DNA of 64,000 nucleotides from Acidobacteriota bacterium (lineage in GTDB: Bacteria > Acidobacteriota > Blastocatellia > Pyrinomonadales > Pyrinomonadaceae). Position numbers and translations under genes: made by a program. Positions 28,836 to 36,758 of this stretch are shown piece after piece; position 1 is the first letter of the stretch, and each line of letters opens with the position of its first letter. The notes below the pieces were generated by a model. The model was not told the origin of the DNA and ran no database searches. It saw only the letters and a list, made by a program, of their open reading frames with translations. The stretch is taken from assembly GCA_043737915.1 (NCBI GenBank), contig JAYSZT010000001.1:5289-69288 (forward strand), written 5' to 3'.

Positions 28836-30914
28836 ATGGGAGTGCAACGAAAATTACCGGGAAAATTAGTTCTGGACCGGCTGGCCGATGAGAGCGGTCT
28901 AGCGATCGTAATTATCGACCGCGGCTCGGTAGAACTTTCCGTTTCCAACAACAATTCCATCTGCCGGAGCCTAAATCCCGGCGGCGAAATTTCGGCTGCG
29001 TGCAAGGCATTTTGTGGAAAAGCTCTCGAAAATGCGACCGATGCTGGTGAAACAATTTCGTACACCTGTCACGCCGGGCTCGATTGCCGAGCGATCTCAA
29101 TGGTTAATGAAGGCAAGCAAGTAGTGGCGATCGTCGGGCGTCTATTTACAAAAGCCAACAACTACCGCAAAGCGACTGAGCGTGCGATCAACGGCGACTG
29201 GCAACATTTTCCACCGTCAGAATTCTTCGAAAACGTTCTCCTTACAGGTTCGTCTGAATTGCTTGATGAGACCGTCAAACAATTGACCGATCTGGCCCCC
29301 GCGATCGAAGTCTTTGCCCCGGACACTCCGCCGACCAATGTCGAATCTTCTGCTGACGAGATCGCACGGCGAGCGGCTGAGCTTAATCAACCGGCGCCGG
29401 ACGAACCCGCGTTTCCCGATCCTCAACCGAGCGGACGCGTCCCGGAGGTCGAGGCATGGCATTCGTTCTTCGGCTCGCTGCTCGATCAGCATTACAAACC
29501 GGCGTGCGACGCGATGCTGGAATTTATCGCTCGGCAATATGGGTTTAGATCGCTTGTTTGGCTTGAACGCCGATATAATCGGTTCGAAGTGCTTTCAAGC
29601 TTGGGGAATGCGGAAAACGGTAATATCCGGCTTGGCATCGCGACGGATGACATGCGCCTGCTCGATGCCGCAGCCAACGAGATGCCGCTTGAACTCGGCG
29701 AAAGATCGAGCGAGAAAGGAAATGGCGGAATTGGCCGTTCAATGTATCTTTTTCCATTTCCGGTCGGAACGGAGATCCCGTCAGCTCTAGCCGTACTAGA
29801 TCATATTGGGAACGAAAAGGTTAAGCACCGGATCGCCCGTTTTTGCCATTCAGTCGCCTCAGAGATGGAGATTCTTCGTCTTCGCAGCGAGGTTTCACAA
29901 CGCGACTCACTCGCCCGGGCAGTGAGAAAGTTCGGTGACAGCCTCAAAACTATCGACAACGAGGATTTTTGGATGCAACTCACGCTGACCTCAGCAGAGC
30001 TGCTCCAATCGGAGAGGGCGTCGCTGATGGTTCTCGACGAAAAGTCGGGTTTACTTGAAATGAAAGCTGCAGTCGGGGCGAAAAATGACATTTACGGTGC
30101 GAGCATGCCTGGTGAACGCGTGTCTCAGATAGTCTTTAATAAAGGAAAAGCAGCGATCGTCGCCGACGTTTCGGTCTCAGGACTTTTGCCGGCTCCCGAC
30201 GATAGGCGATACAAGACCTCTTCGTTCATTAGCAGTCCCGTTTCTCTAGGCAACCGAAATATAGCGGTCATCAACTTTACCGATAAGGCGAACGGAGCCA
30301 ATTTTGATAAACACGATCTCGACCTGATCGAGGCTATTAGTCCGCAGATAGCAGTTGCCATTGACCGTGCCGGGTTAAAGGAAAAGGCGGGCGAGTTTCG
30401 ACAGCTGTCGGTCACAGACGCTCTTACCGGATTGCTAAATCGTCGTTATATCGAGGAACGCCTGATCGAGGAGGTCAAACGATCGAACCGCCACGGGTAT
30501 CCGATGAGTTTTATGATGCTCGACGTTGACCAATTTAAGTCGTACAACGATGAATTCGGACATCCGGCGGGAGATGAGGCTCTTAAAATGGTCAGCAATC
30601 TACTAAAAGAGACCTTGCGCGGTGCTGATGTCGCGGCCCGATACGGCGGCGAAGAATTTGCGATACTACTTCCTCAGACCACCGATGACGAAGCTGTCAC
30701 AATCGCTGAACGAATACGTGTAAATATTGAAGCCGCAAAATTTCCCTATCGAAAGATAACTGTAAGCATCGGCGTGGCAAGCTGTTCGGGCGAACTTTGC
30801 TCTGCAAAGGTATTGGTTTCTACGGCGGATCGGGCACTCTACGATGCCAAACGATGCGGCCGCAACAGTGTACGTTTGTTTGCTGACATGGAAAAGTCAT
30901 TGAGCGAGAATTAG
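28836..30914 (+). CDS. Diguanylate cyclase with a PocR-like Cys/His sensory N-terminus and GAF-like domains (PocR-GAF-GGDEF)
   Basis: The N-terminus reads ...NNNSICRSLNPGGEISAACKAFCGKALENATDAGETISYTCHAGLDCRAISMVNEGKQVVAIVG, which is PocR-like. The GAF-like middle contains SERASLMVLDEKSGLLEM...NIAVINFTDK. The GGDEF domain contains DALTGLLNRRY, DVDQFKSYNDEFGHPAGDEAL and RGADVAARYGGEEFAILL, so the RxxD I-site is 5 residues before GGEEF. Confidence 0.85.
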   Translation: MGVQRKLPGKLVLDRLADESGLAIVIIDRGSVELSVSNNNSICRSLNPGGEISAACKAFCGKALENATDAGETISYTCHAGLDCRAISMVNEGKQVVAIVGRLFTKANNYRKATERAINGDWQHFPPSEFFENVLLTGSSELLDETVKQLTDLAPAIEVFAPDTPPTNVESSADEIARRAAELNQPAPDEPAFPDPQPSGRVPEVEAWHSFFGSLLDQHYKPACDAMLEFIARQYGFRSLVWLERRYNRFEVLSSLGNAENGNIRLGIATDDMRLLDAAANEMPLELGERSSEKGNGGIGRSMYLFPFPVGTEIPSALAVLDHIGNEKVKHRIARFCHSVASEMEILRLRSEVSQRDSLARAVRKFGDSLKTIDNEDFWMQLTLTSAELLQSERASLMVLDEKSGLLEMKAAVGAKNDIYGASMPGERVSQIVFNKGKAAIVADVSVSGLLPAPDDRRYKTSSFISSPVSLGNRNIAVINFTDKANGANFDKHDLDLIEAISPQIAVAIDRAGLKEKAGEFRQLSVTDALTGLLNRRYIEERLIEEVKRSNRHGYPMSFMMLDVDQFKSYNDEFGHPAGDEALKMVSNLLKETLRGADVAARYGGEEFAILLPQTTDDEAVTIAERIRVNIEAAKFPYRKITVSIGVASCSGELCSAKVLVSTADRALYDAKRCGRNSVRLFADMEKSLSEN

Positions 30915-30919
30915 GACCG

Positions 30920-33127
30920 ATGAAACGATTTTCTGATCAAAGAACATTAGTAAAGAAGCCGAACGGCGAGTTCATCGGCCACACGGAGGAACTGAATCTG
31001 CTGATGACGCACGCTCGTTCAGGACGCTCTGACGGCTTGACCTTGCTCGCAGCACCCAATTCCGGAGCTTCGACACTACTCAGGCAAGTGTTCGACCGGC
31101 TTTTTGCCGAGCAGGAAGAGATAATTCCAGTCTATTTTTGCGTTAAAAAAAGCGACGGTTCGGCGTTGCAATCGGCTCGTCGATTCTTGCGTGAGTTTTT
31201 GGTACAGACGGTCGCATTTCGCCGACGCAACACATTCGTCCTCGACGCGTCTCCCGACATTAACGAGATCGCAGAACTTGCCGTTCCGGCAGATGGAGTA
31301 TGGATCGACCGATTGATCGAGACCGCGAGTGAATACGGAAATGATGACGACCCCTCACGCCTGCGTAGCTTTCTGAGTTCGCCGATTCGAGCGACAGCAA
31401 GCGGCGCGAACCTTTTTGTGATGATCGACGATCTCCACGAGATCGCGACTTTGACAGACGGCGAAGCATTTCTCGAAACCCTTTCGAACGTATTCGCCCG
31501 GACAGATATGCCGTTCGTTCTCAGTGGGCGACGCCGTTTTCTTTATGGAAAAACACCTTTCAGATCGATGTCGCTCGAACGCCGATCATTCTCCGAGACT
31601 GGTGAGTTGGTCGATTCCATAGCCGCGCAAAATAGGGTGCCGATCAACGAAGAAACTCGCGACCTGATCGCTGTGCAGTTGCAGGGTGACCCTCTTTTTA
31701 TAAACAACGTTTTTTCAGCCGCCGCGGAAAACGGACAGACCTTCGATAGCTTTCAGCAATTTGAGAACGTTTATTCGGACGAGCTGTTCGGCGGTCGTAT
31801 TAGCCGTTATTTCGATGCAATGTTCGACGAGCTGCTTCCCGATTCGGCTGCCCAAAGCAGGATCGTCGCGATGATCGCCGACCTTTTGGGCGATCGCTCG
31901 AACAAGGCGACGCTTGAGTTTTGGAAGACCCACGCACAACTTTCGCCTGCCCAATTCCGTTCGGTGACGACCGGTTTAAACGATCGCGAATTCATTACAC
32001 TCGATGCAAATTCGATCGAGGCCTTCCCTGATAACATAGTTTTTACCGACTACATTAACGCTCGCCTCCGGCTCGAAACCAGTAGGAACGGACGCTCAAG
32101 AATAGTCGGCGACGAGCTTACCAAGTATGTAAAAAGAGCTCCGCGCTTGATGGCCCGGCATTACCGTCAGCTCTCCGCGGTCGGCTTGCGTGGAGTGATG
32201 CAGGGATTCGACGGACGCAAGATCGCGAGGTCGCTGCTTGATTACGCTGTCTTCAAGTCCGACCTGAGAGGTTTGAGTGAGGCAGAAATGCAGCAGGCCA
32301 TAGCAACATCTGACGAAAAAATAAGACTGCCGCAGGTCATCTACGCAGCTCACAGCGTGGCTTTCTACCGTCAGATCGGAGAACTTATCGAGGCCGGACG
32401 ATCGGCTATCGCTGTAGGTTTCGAGCGTGGTGACCTGGAAACCGATGACGAAGACATCGTCTGGATCGCCGCTGAGATCGATTCAAAACTCGAGGCCGCA
32501 GCAGATGTCGTCGAGTTCTGGTGCGACCGCCTCGAAATGGTGGCCGCGAACTGCGACTTTAAGTCATTCAAAATATGGTTGGTTGCTCCAGAAGGATTTT
32601 CCGTTGAGGCTCTGCAGGTACTCAGCGACCGAAACGCTTTTGGTTCAAGCCGCAAACAGGTCGATCTGCTTGTTCAGAGCCTCAAAGGTTCGGCCTCTGA
32701 AGCCGTTGACGCTTCGGATGAATACGAGATCGTTATTCCGATGGGCGACGATACCGAAATGATCGCCGCTCACACCATCGAGGAGATCGCCAAACGTCAC
32801 AATTTTCCGGCAAAGGCGATCAATCAGATCAAAACGGCGCTGGTCGAGGCATGCATCAATGCGTCGGAACACTCACTCAGCCCGGATCGCAAGATCTATC
32901 TAAAATTTGCCGTAACCGACGATAAAATTACGATCGATATCTCAAATCGCGGTCTGCGTCTATTAGATAAACCCGTCAGACTCATCACAACTCAAGAAGG
33001 TCGCCGAGGCTGGGGACTCAAACTGATCCAAGGTTTGATGGACGAGGTTAAAGTAGAGCAGACCGACGATGGAACCCAGATCCTGATGGCGAAGTTCATA
33101 ACCAGAAATAAATCTCAGGCTGTTTAA
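30920..33127 (+). CDS. Large fusion protein: STAND/AAA_16-like NTPase module with degenerate Walker A, helical middle region, and a C-terminal RsbW/SpoIIAB-type serine kinase (HATPase_c_2) domain
   Basis: The N-terminus reads FIGHTEELNLLMTHARS...LTLLAAPNSGASTLLRQVF, which sits at the P-loop position but lacks the GK[ST] lysine. A Walker-B-like LFVMIDDLHEI follows. The C-terminus has AAHTIEEIAKRHNFPAKAINQIKTALVEACINASEHS (N-box) and GRRGWGLKLIQGLMDEVKVEQTDDGTQILMAKF (G-box region). It starts 5 nt after the cyclase stop. Confidence 0.7.
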   Translation: MKRFSDQRTLVKKPNGEFIGHTEELNLLMTHARSGRSDGLTLLAAPNSGASTLLRQVFDRLFAEQEEIIPVYFCVKKSDGSALQSARRFLREFLVQTVAFRRRNTFVLDASPDINEIAELAVPADGVWIDRLIETASEYGNDDDPSRLRSFLSSPIRATASGANLFVMIDDLHEIATLTDGEAFLETLSNVFARTDMPFVLSGRRRFLYGKTPFRSMSLERRSFSETGELVDSIAAQNRVPINEETRDLIAVQLQGDPLFINNVFSAAAENGQTFDSFQQFENVYSDELFGGRISRYFDAMFDELLPDSAAQSRIVAMIADLLGDRSNKATLEFWKTHAQLSPAQFRSVTTGLNDREFITLDANSIEAFPDNIVFTDYINARLRLETSRNGRSRIVGDELTKYVKRAPRLMARHYRQLSAVGLRGVMQGFDGRKIARSLLDYAVFKSDLRGLSEAEMQQAIATSDEKIRLPQVIYAAHSVAFYRQIGELIEAGRSAIAVGFERGDLETDDEDIVWIAAEIDSKLEAAADVVEFWCDRLEMVAANCDFKSFKIWLVAPEGFSVEALQVLSDRNAFGSSRKQVDLLVQSLKGSASEAVDASDEYEIVIPMGDDTEMIAAHTIEEIAKRHNFPAKAINQIKTALVEACINASEHSLSPDRKIYLKFAVTDDKITIDISNRGLRLLDKPVRLITTQEGRRGWGLKLIQGLMDEVKVEQTDDGTQILMAKFITRNKSQAV

Positions 33128-33226
33128 CACGTTTCTATTGTATTTAAGCCCCTGTATGTGCTAAAAATACGGTTCAAGTAGTTTCTACGTTTATAAGTTC
33201 TAAATTAAGCAGAGGAATATAATTAG

Positions 33227-33547
33227 GTGATCATAGAAAATCTGTTTGAGGCCGCGCAATTGGACAATTCGAAAACGGCAGTTGTGCTTGCGGGTGACTA
33301 TTTGAATAAGCTCGCCGGCGAAAAGATCGAGCGCGAGTGCAAAACTAAGCTCGACCAAGGCTGCAAACAGCTGATCGTCGATTTTTCGCAGACTGAGATC
33401 ATAAATAGTATCGGCATCTCGATCCTGCTCGGCGTTATCGATTCCGCCGAGAATTCAGGTGCGAAAGTTGTATTTTCCGATCTAAACCAGGACTCGGTTG
33501 AGCTTTTTGAAACGCTCGGACTGACAAAACACGTAACAATTGCGTAA
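33227..33547 (+). CDS. STAS-domain anti-sigma-factor antagonist-like protein (SpoIIAA/RsbV family)
   Basis: The 106-aa protein uses a GTG start with GAGGA upstream. It contains QLIVDFSQTEIINSIGISILLGVI, with a serine at the DSxG-equivalent phospho-acceptor position, and VVFSDLNQDSVELFETLGL. Confidence 0.8.
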   Translation: MIIENLFEAAQLDNSKTAVVLAGDYLNKLAGEKIERECKTKLDQGCKQLIVDFSQTEIINSIGISILLGVIDSAENSGAKVVFSDLNQDSVELFETLGLTKHVTIA

Positions 33548-33628
33548 ATAACTGATCGTAAATCGTTCTTAGCAAACACGGGGCGGAATTATGGCTCCCA
33601 ACCATCGCGGTGCAAGGCTTATTTACGA

Positions 33629-34936
33629 TTGACCATTCACAAATCTATGATCGAGAACAGGCACAAGTTGATCCACGCATTTGGCGCATTGGCCGAATTG
33701 GGACAGGAGGTTGCGAATAAGAATAGCTTTCAGGAGACGATCCGCACCTCGCTTCACTTGATCTCAGGCGCCCTTGGAATAATGCGTGGCGGCGTCGCTA
33801 GGTATTCGCGGTTCGGTCATGAACTGAACATGCTCGCCGTTCGCGGGCTCGGCGATGATTTTCCTTTGAGTTTAACGCTTTGCATGGAGGATGAACGCCA
33901 GTTCCTGACCAACGGCCTTAATGCTATCGAGATCGCAAACGCTCGAGTCCTGCCCTTCTTTCAGGTTTACGACGCGAGCTTTGAGCGGAAACGCATCGAA
34001 CTTCTGCTGCCGCTGATCGTTCGCGACGAAATTGTAGGAGCCGTATTTCTTGGTGAAAAAGCAACTGCTGAACCTTACACGACCTACGAAAAAGAAATTG
34101 TGTGTGCTATGGGCCGCCATATCGGCGTTGCGATCGCGCAGCGAAATCTGATGGCCGAGATCGAGCGCCACTCGGAGGAAAATCGCCGCCTTGTCGACGA
34201 TATGCGAACGACCTACAACGACACTGTCAAGGCATTCGCCACGGCGATCGATTGTAAAGACAAATATACCGAGGGGCACTCGGTACGCGTTGGTAAATAT
34301 TCTGAGATCATTGCAATGGAACTCGACTGGGGCACGCCAGAGATCGAAGGTGCCGCGGTCGCCGGGTATCTGCACGATGTCGGCAAGTTAACAGTCGAAC
34401 GCAAGATCATCAACGCTCCGTACCGCATCAACGCTAAGGAATCGGCCGAACTCAACAAACATCCGGGTGTCGGCTACGAGATCCTAATGCCGATTCATCA
34501 TCCCTACGCCAATGTGCCGCTGGCGGCCAAATATCACCACGAACGCCTCGACGGCCGCGGTTATCCCGACGGCCTCTATGATCGGGAAATACCGTACATT
34601 GCAAAGCTAGTGAATTTGGCTGATTCATTCGACGCGATGACTACCGATCGGCCGTACAAAGCCCGCCGCCCTGCCGCAGATGTCGTCCTGGATCTCCAGC
34701 GAAACTCCGGAAAGCAGTTCGCACCGGAAATAGTGACCGCATTTTTGAAGGGAATGTTGAAAGAATTGAACGGCGAGAACAAAGATAAGCGTTTTCGCCG
34801 TCTGCTAGGCCGCGAATATATGGAGGCGGAGGCAATCGTGCCGGTTATTCGCCAAACGCTTAACGACATGGCACCGACCTCGCCGCTGACTTATATCCAC
34901 CCCGATCCACAGATCGGAGATCAGCCGATCATTTAG
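33629..34936 (+). CDS. GAF-domain HD-GYP c-di-GMP phosphodiesterase
   Basis: The GAF-like N-terminal half contains LLLPLIVRDEIVGAVFLGEK. The HD-GYP motifs are HSVRVGKYS, GYLHDVGKL, HPGVGYEIL and KYHHERLDGRGYPDGL. The start is TTG at 33629 or ATG at 33647. Confidence 0.88.
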   Translation: MTIHKSMIENRHKLIHAFGALAELGQEVANKNSFQETIRTSLHLISGALGIMRGGVARYSRFGHELNMLAVRGLGDDFPLSLTLCMEDERQFLTNGLNAIEIANARVLPFFQVYDASFERKRIELLLPLIVRDEIVGAVFLGEKATAEPYTTYEKEIVCAMGRHIGVAIAQRNLMAEIERHSEENRRLVDDMRTTYNDTVKAFATAIDCKDKYTEGHSVRVGKYSEIIAMELDWGTPEIEGAAVAGYLHDVGKLTVERKIINAPYRINAKESAELNKHPGVGYEILMPIHHPYANVPLAAKYHHERLDGRGYPDGLYDREIPYIAKLVNLADSFDAMTTDRPYKARRPAADVVLDLQRNSGKQFAPEIVTAFLKGMLKELNGENKDKRFRRLLGREYMEAEAIVPVIRQTLNDMAPTSPLTYIHPDPQIGDQPII

Positions 34937-35816
34937 GAATTTCAAGTAATTGAACGAATTTCTTGGCCGCCAGCGAAAGGTTGCGATCGCTGCGGTAAAT
35001 GACGCCAACCGTACGGACCCAATATTTTTCAGCCAATTCGACCACTGAAAGTGTGCCCGTACGCTTGGCTTCCGACACCGACGTTTCGGGAACTATCGCC
35101 AGGCCGAACCCGACCTCGACCGCCCGTTTTATCGTTTCGATGTTATCAAATTCGGCTACCTTTTTTACCTCGACCCCATTTTCCTTCAAGATCCTGTCCA
35201 TTGCTTTGCGGGTCGGGACATCACGTTCAAACAGGACAAATGGCTCGCCGTTTAGGTCGTTGACCTTCACTTTTTTACGCTTCGCATATTTATGATCGGG
35301 AGGCGTGATCAGCACAAGACGATTATTCGGCATCGGCGTGATGGTCAGACCGCGTCGCGGTTCGGGAAACGCGACGACACCGAGTTCGACCGCCCCGCTC
35401 AAAACGTCTCGAACAACGCGGGTCGTACGCGAGTATTCGAGATCGATCTTGGCGGTCGGAAATTTGGTCATAAACTCGCGCACCTTACTTGGTAGTTCAT
35501 GAAGGCCAACACTATAAACCGTAGCGACCTTGATCGTCCCGCCGATCTTACCGACGACCCCGCGAAGACTTTCCTGGAGTTCGTCGTAGGCAACTAGGAC
35601 GTGCTGCGATTCTTTATAAAAGACGTCGCCTGCCGGGGTTAGTTTTACCTCACGCCGTCCGCGGACGCGCTCGAGCAAGCGGCGCTTGAATTTTTCTTCG
35701 AGAGTTCGAATTTGCTGGCTGACCGCCGACTGCGTAATAAAATTTCGCTCAGCGGCAAGTGAAAAACTCTCTAGATCAACGAGATCGCAAAATACTTTTA
35801 GGGTTTCTATATGCAT
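34929..35816 (-). CDS. LysR-family transcriptional regulator
   Basis: It has an N-terminal wHTH (MHIETLKVFCDLVDLESFSLAAERNFITQSAVSQQIRTLEEKF) and a LysR substrate-binding domain. It is divergent from sdhCAB, and its 3' end overlaps the HD-GYP gene by 8 nt. Confidence 0.9.
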   Translation of the reverse strand: MHIETLKVFCDLVDLESFSLAAERNFITQSAVSQQIRTLEEKFKRRLLERVRGRREVKLTPAGDVFYKESQHVLVAYDELQESLRGVVGKIGGTIKVATVYSVGLHELPSKVREFMTKFPTAKIDLEYSRTTRVVRDVLSGAVELGVVAFPEPRRGLTITPMPNNRLVLITPPDHKYAKRKKVKVNDLNGEPFVLFERDVPTRKAMDRILKENGVEVKKVAEFDNIETIKRAVEVGFGLAIVPETSVSEAKRTGTLSVVELAEKYWVRTVGVIYRSDRNLSLAAKKFVQLLEIPK

Positions 35817-36037
35817 ATTCGTCAGCCGTCCTCTCGCAAATTAATCAAATGGCGAGCTTATAACCAAAATATATATTAGCGTTTCTGCACAGCCGCCGCA
35901 AACGAATTCATTTTCCCTAATAATTAAATTCGCGTACTATTGGAAAGTATCGTGTTGTGATTGCCGATTTTGAGATTTACATCTAAAATTCCTAATTACG
36001 GAAATCTATAACAGCATGCGACAGAGCGACTGAATAA

Positions 36038-36754
36038 ATGTCTATAAAGTTCAGCAACACCTTTTTATTACGCAAACTACACCAGATCACCGGCATCGTG
36101 CCGCTGGGAATGTTTTATTTCGTTCATTTATGGACAAACTCGGCCGCTCTCAATGGGTCGGCGGTCTATAACGAACACGTTCAGAAGATCCACGATTTTC
36201 CTTATCTACTCTTCATTGAAATATTCGGCATATTTTTGCCGCTTATTTTTCACTCCGTCTACGGGATCATCATCTCGTCCGAGGGCAAATCGAATGTGCT
36301 CAATTACGGTTACGGACGAAACTGGTTCTACATGTTTCAGCGGGCGACGGGCATTTTCCTGTTCGTATTTCTGCTGTTCCACGTACTAAATTTCAGGTTC
36401 GGCCTCATCCCGGGATTAAACCTGACGCCGGTCGCTGGAAATGCCGATCAGGCATACACGATCGTTGCCAACGAATTCCGGATCGGCTGGGTGTTGGCGA
36501 TCTACATACTCGGCGTGACCGCGACCGCGTGGCACCTTGCGTACGGATTCTTTTTATTCGCGGTCGATTGGGGCATCGTTATTGGCGAAAAAGCCCAGCG
36601 AATGGTTCTTTACGGCTGTCTCAGCCTGGCTTTGTTTTTATCGTTGCTCGGGATTAACATGGCGTTCGCGTTCGTTCGGCCATGCGGCCTTTTGCCACAG
36701 GCGTTGTGCGAAACGGTCCAAAAACCGGTATCCGGGCCAGCTACTAAGTTTTAA
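36038..36754 (+). CDS. sdhC: Succinate dehydrogenase/fumarate reductase cytochrome b subunit (b558-type, five TM)
   Basis: This is a polytopic membrane protein with conserved His residues in TM helices (FVHLW, FHSVYG, FHVLNF, AWHLAYG). It lies directly upstream of sdhA. Confidence 0.8.
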   Translation: MSIKFSNTFLLRKLHQITGIVPLGMFYFVHLWTNSAALNGSAVYNEHVQKIHDFPYLLFIEIFGIFLPLIFHSVYGIIISSEGKSNVLNYGYGRNWFYMFQRATGIFLFVFLLFHVLNFRFGLIPGLNLTPVAGNADQAYTIVANEFRIGWVLAIYILGVTATAWHLAYGFFLFAVDWGIVIGEKAQRMVLYGCLSLALFLSLLGINMAFAFVRPCGLLPQALCETVQKPVSGPATKF

Positions 36755-36758
36755 AATT

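Noticed and set aside
36537-36758. An N-terminal extension of the sdhA ORF overlapping sdhC by ~220 nt
   Set aside because: The extension translates as Cys/Arg/Ser-rich sequence. A canonical FAD-binding N-terminus (MASSSLKIAIVGGGLAG) begins at the ATG at 36759, just after the sdhC stop.
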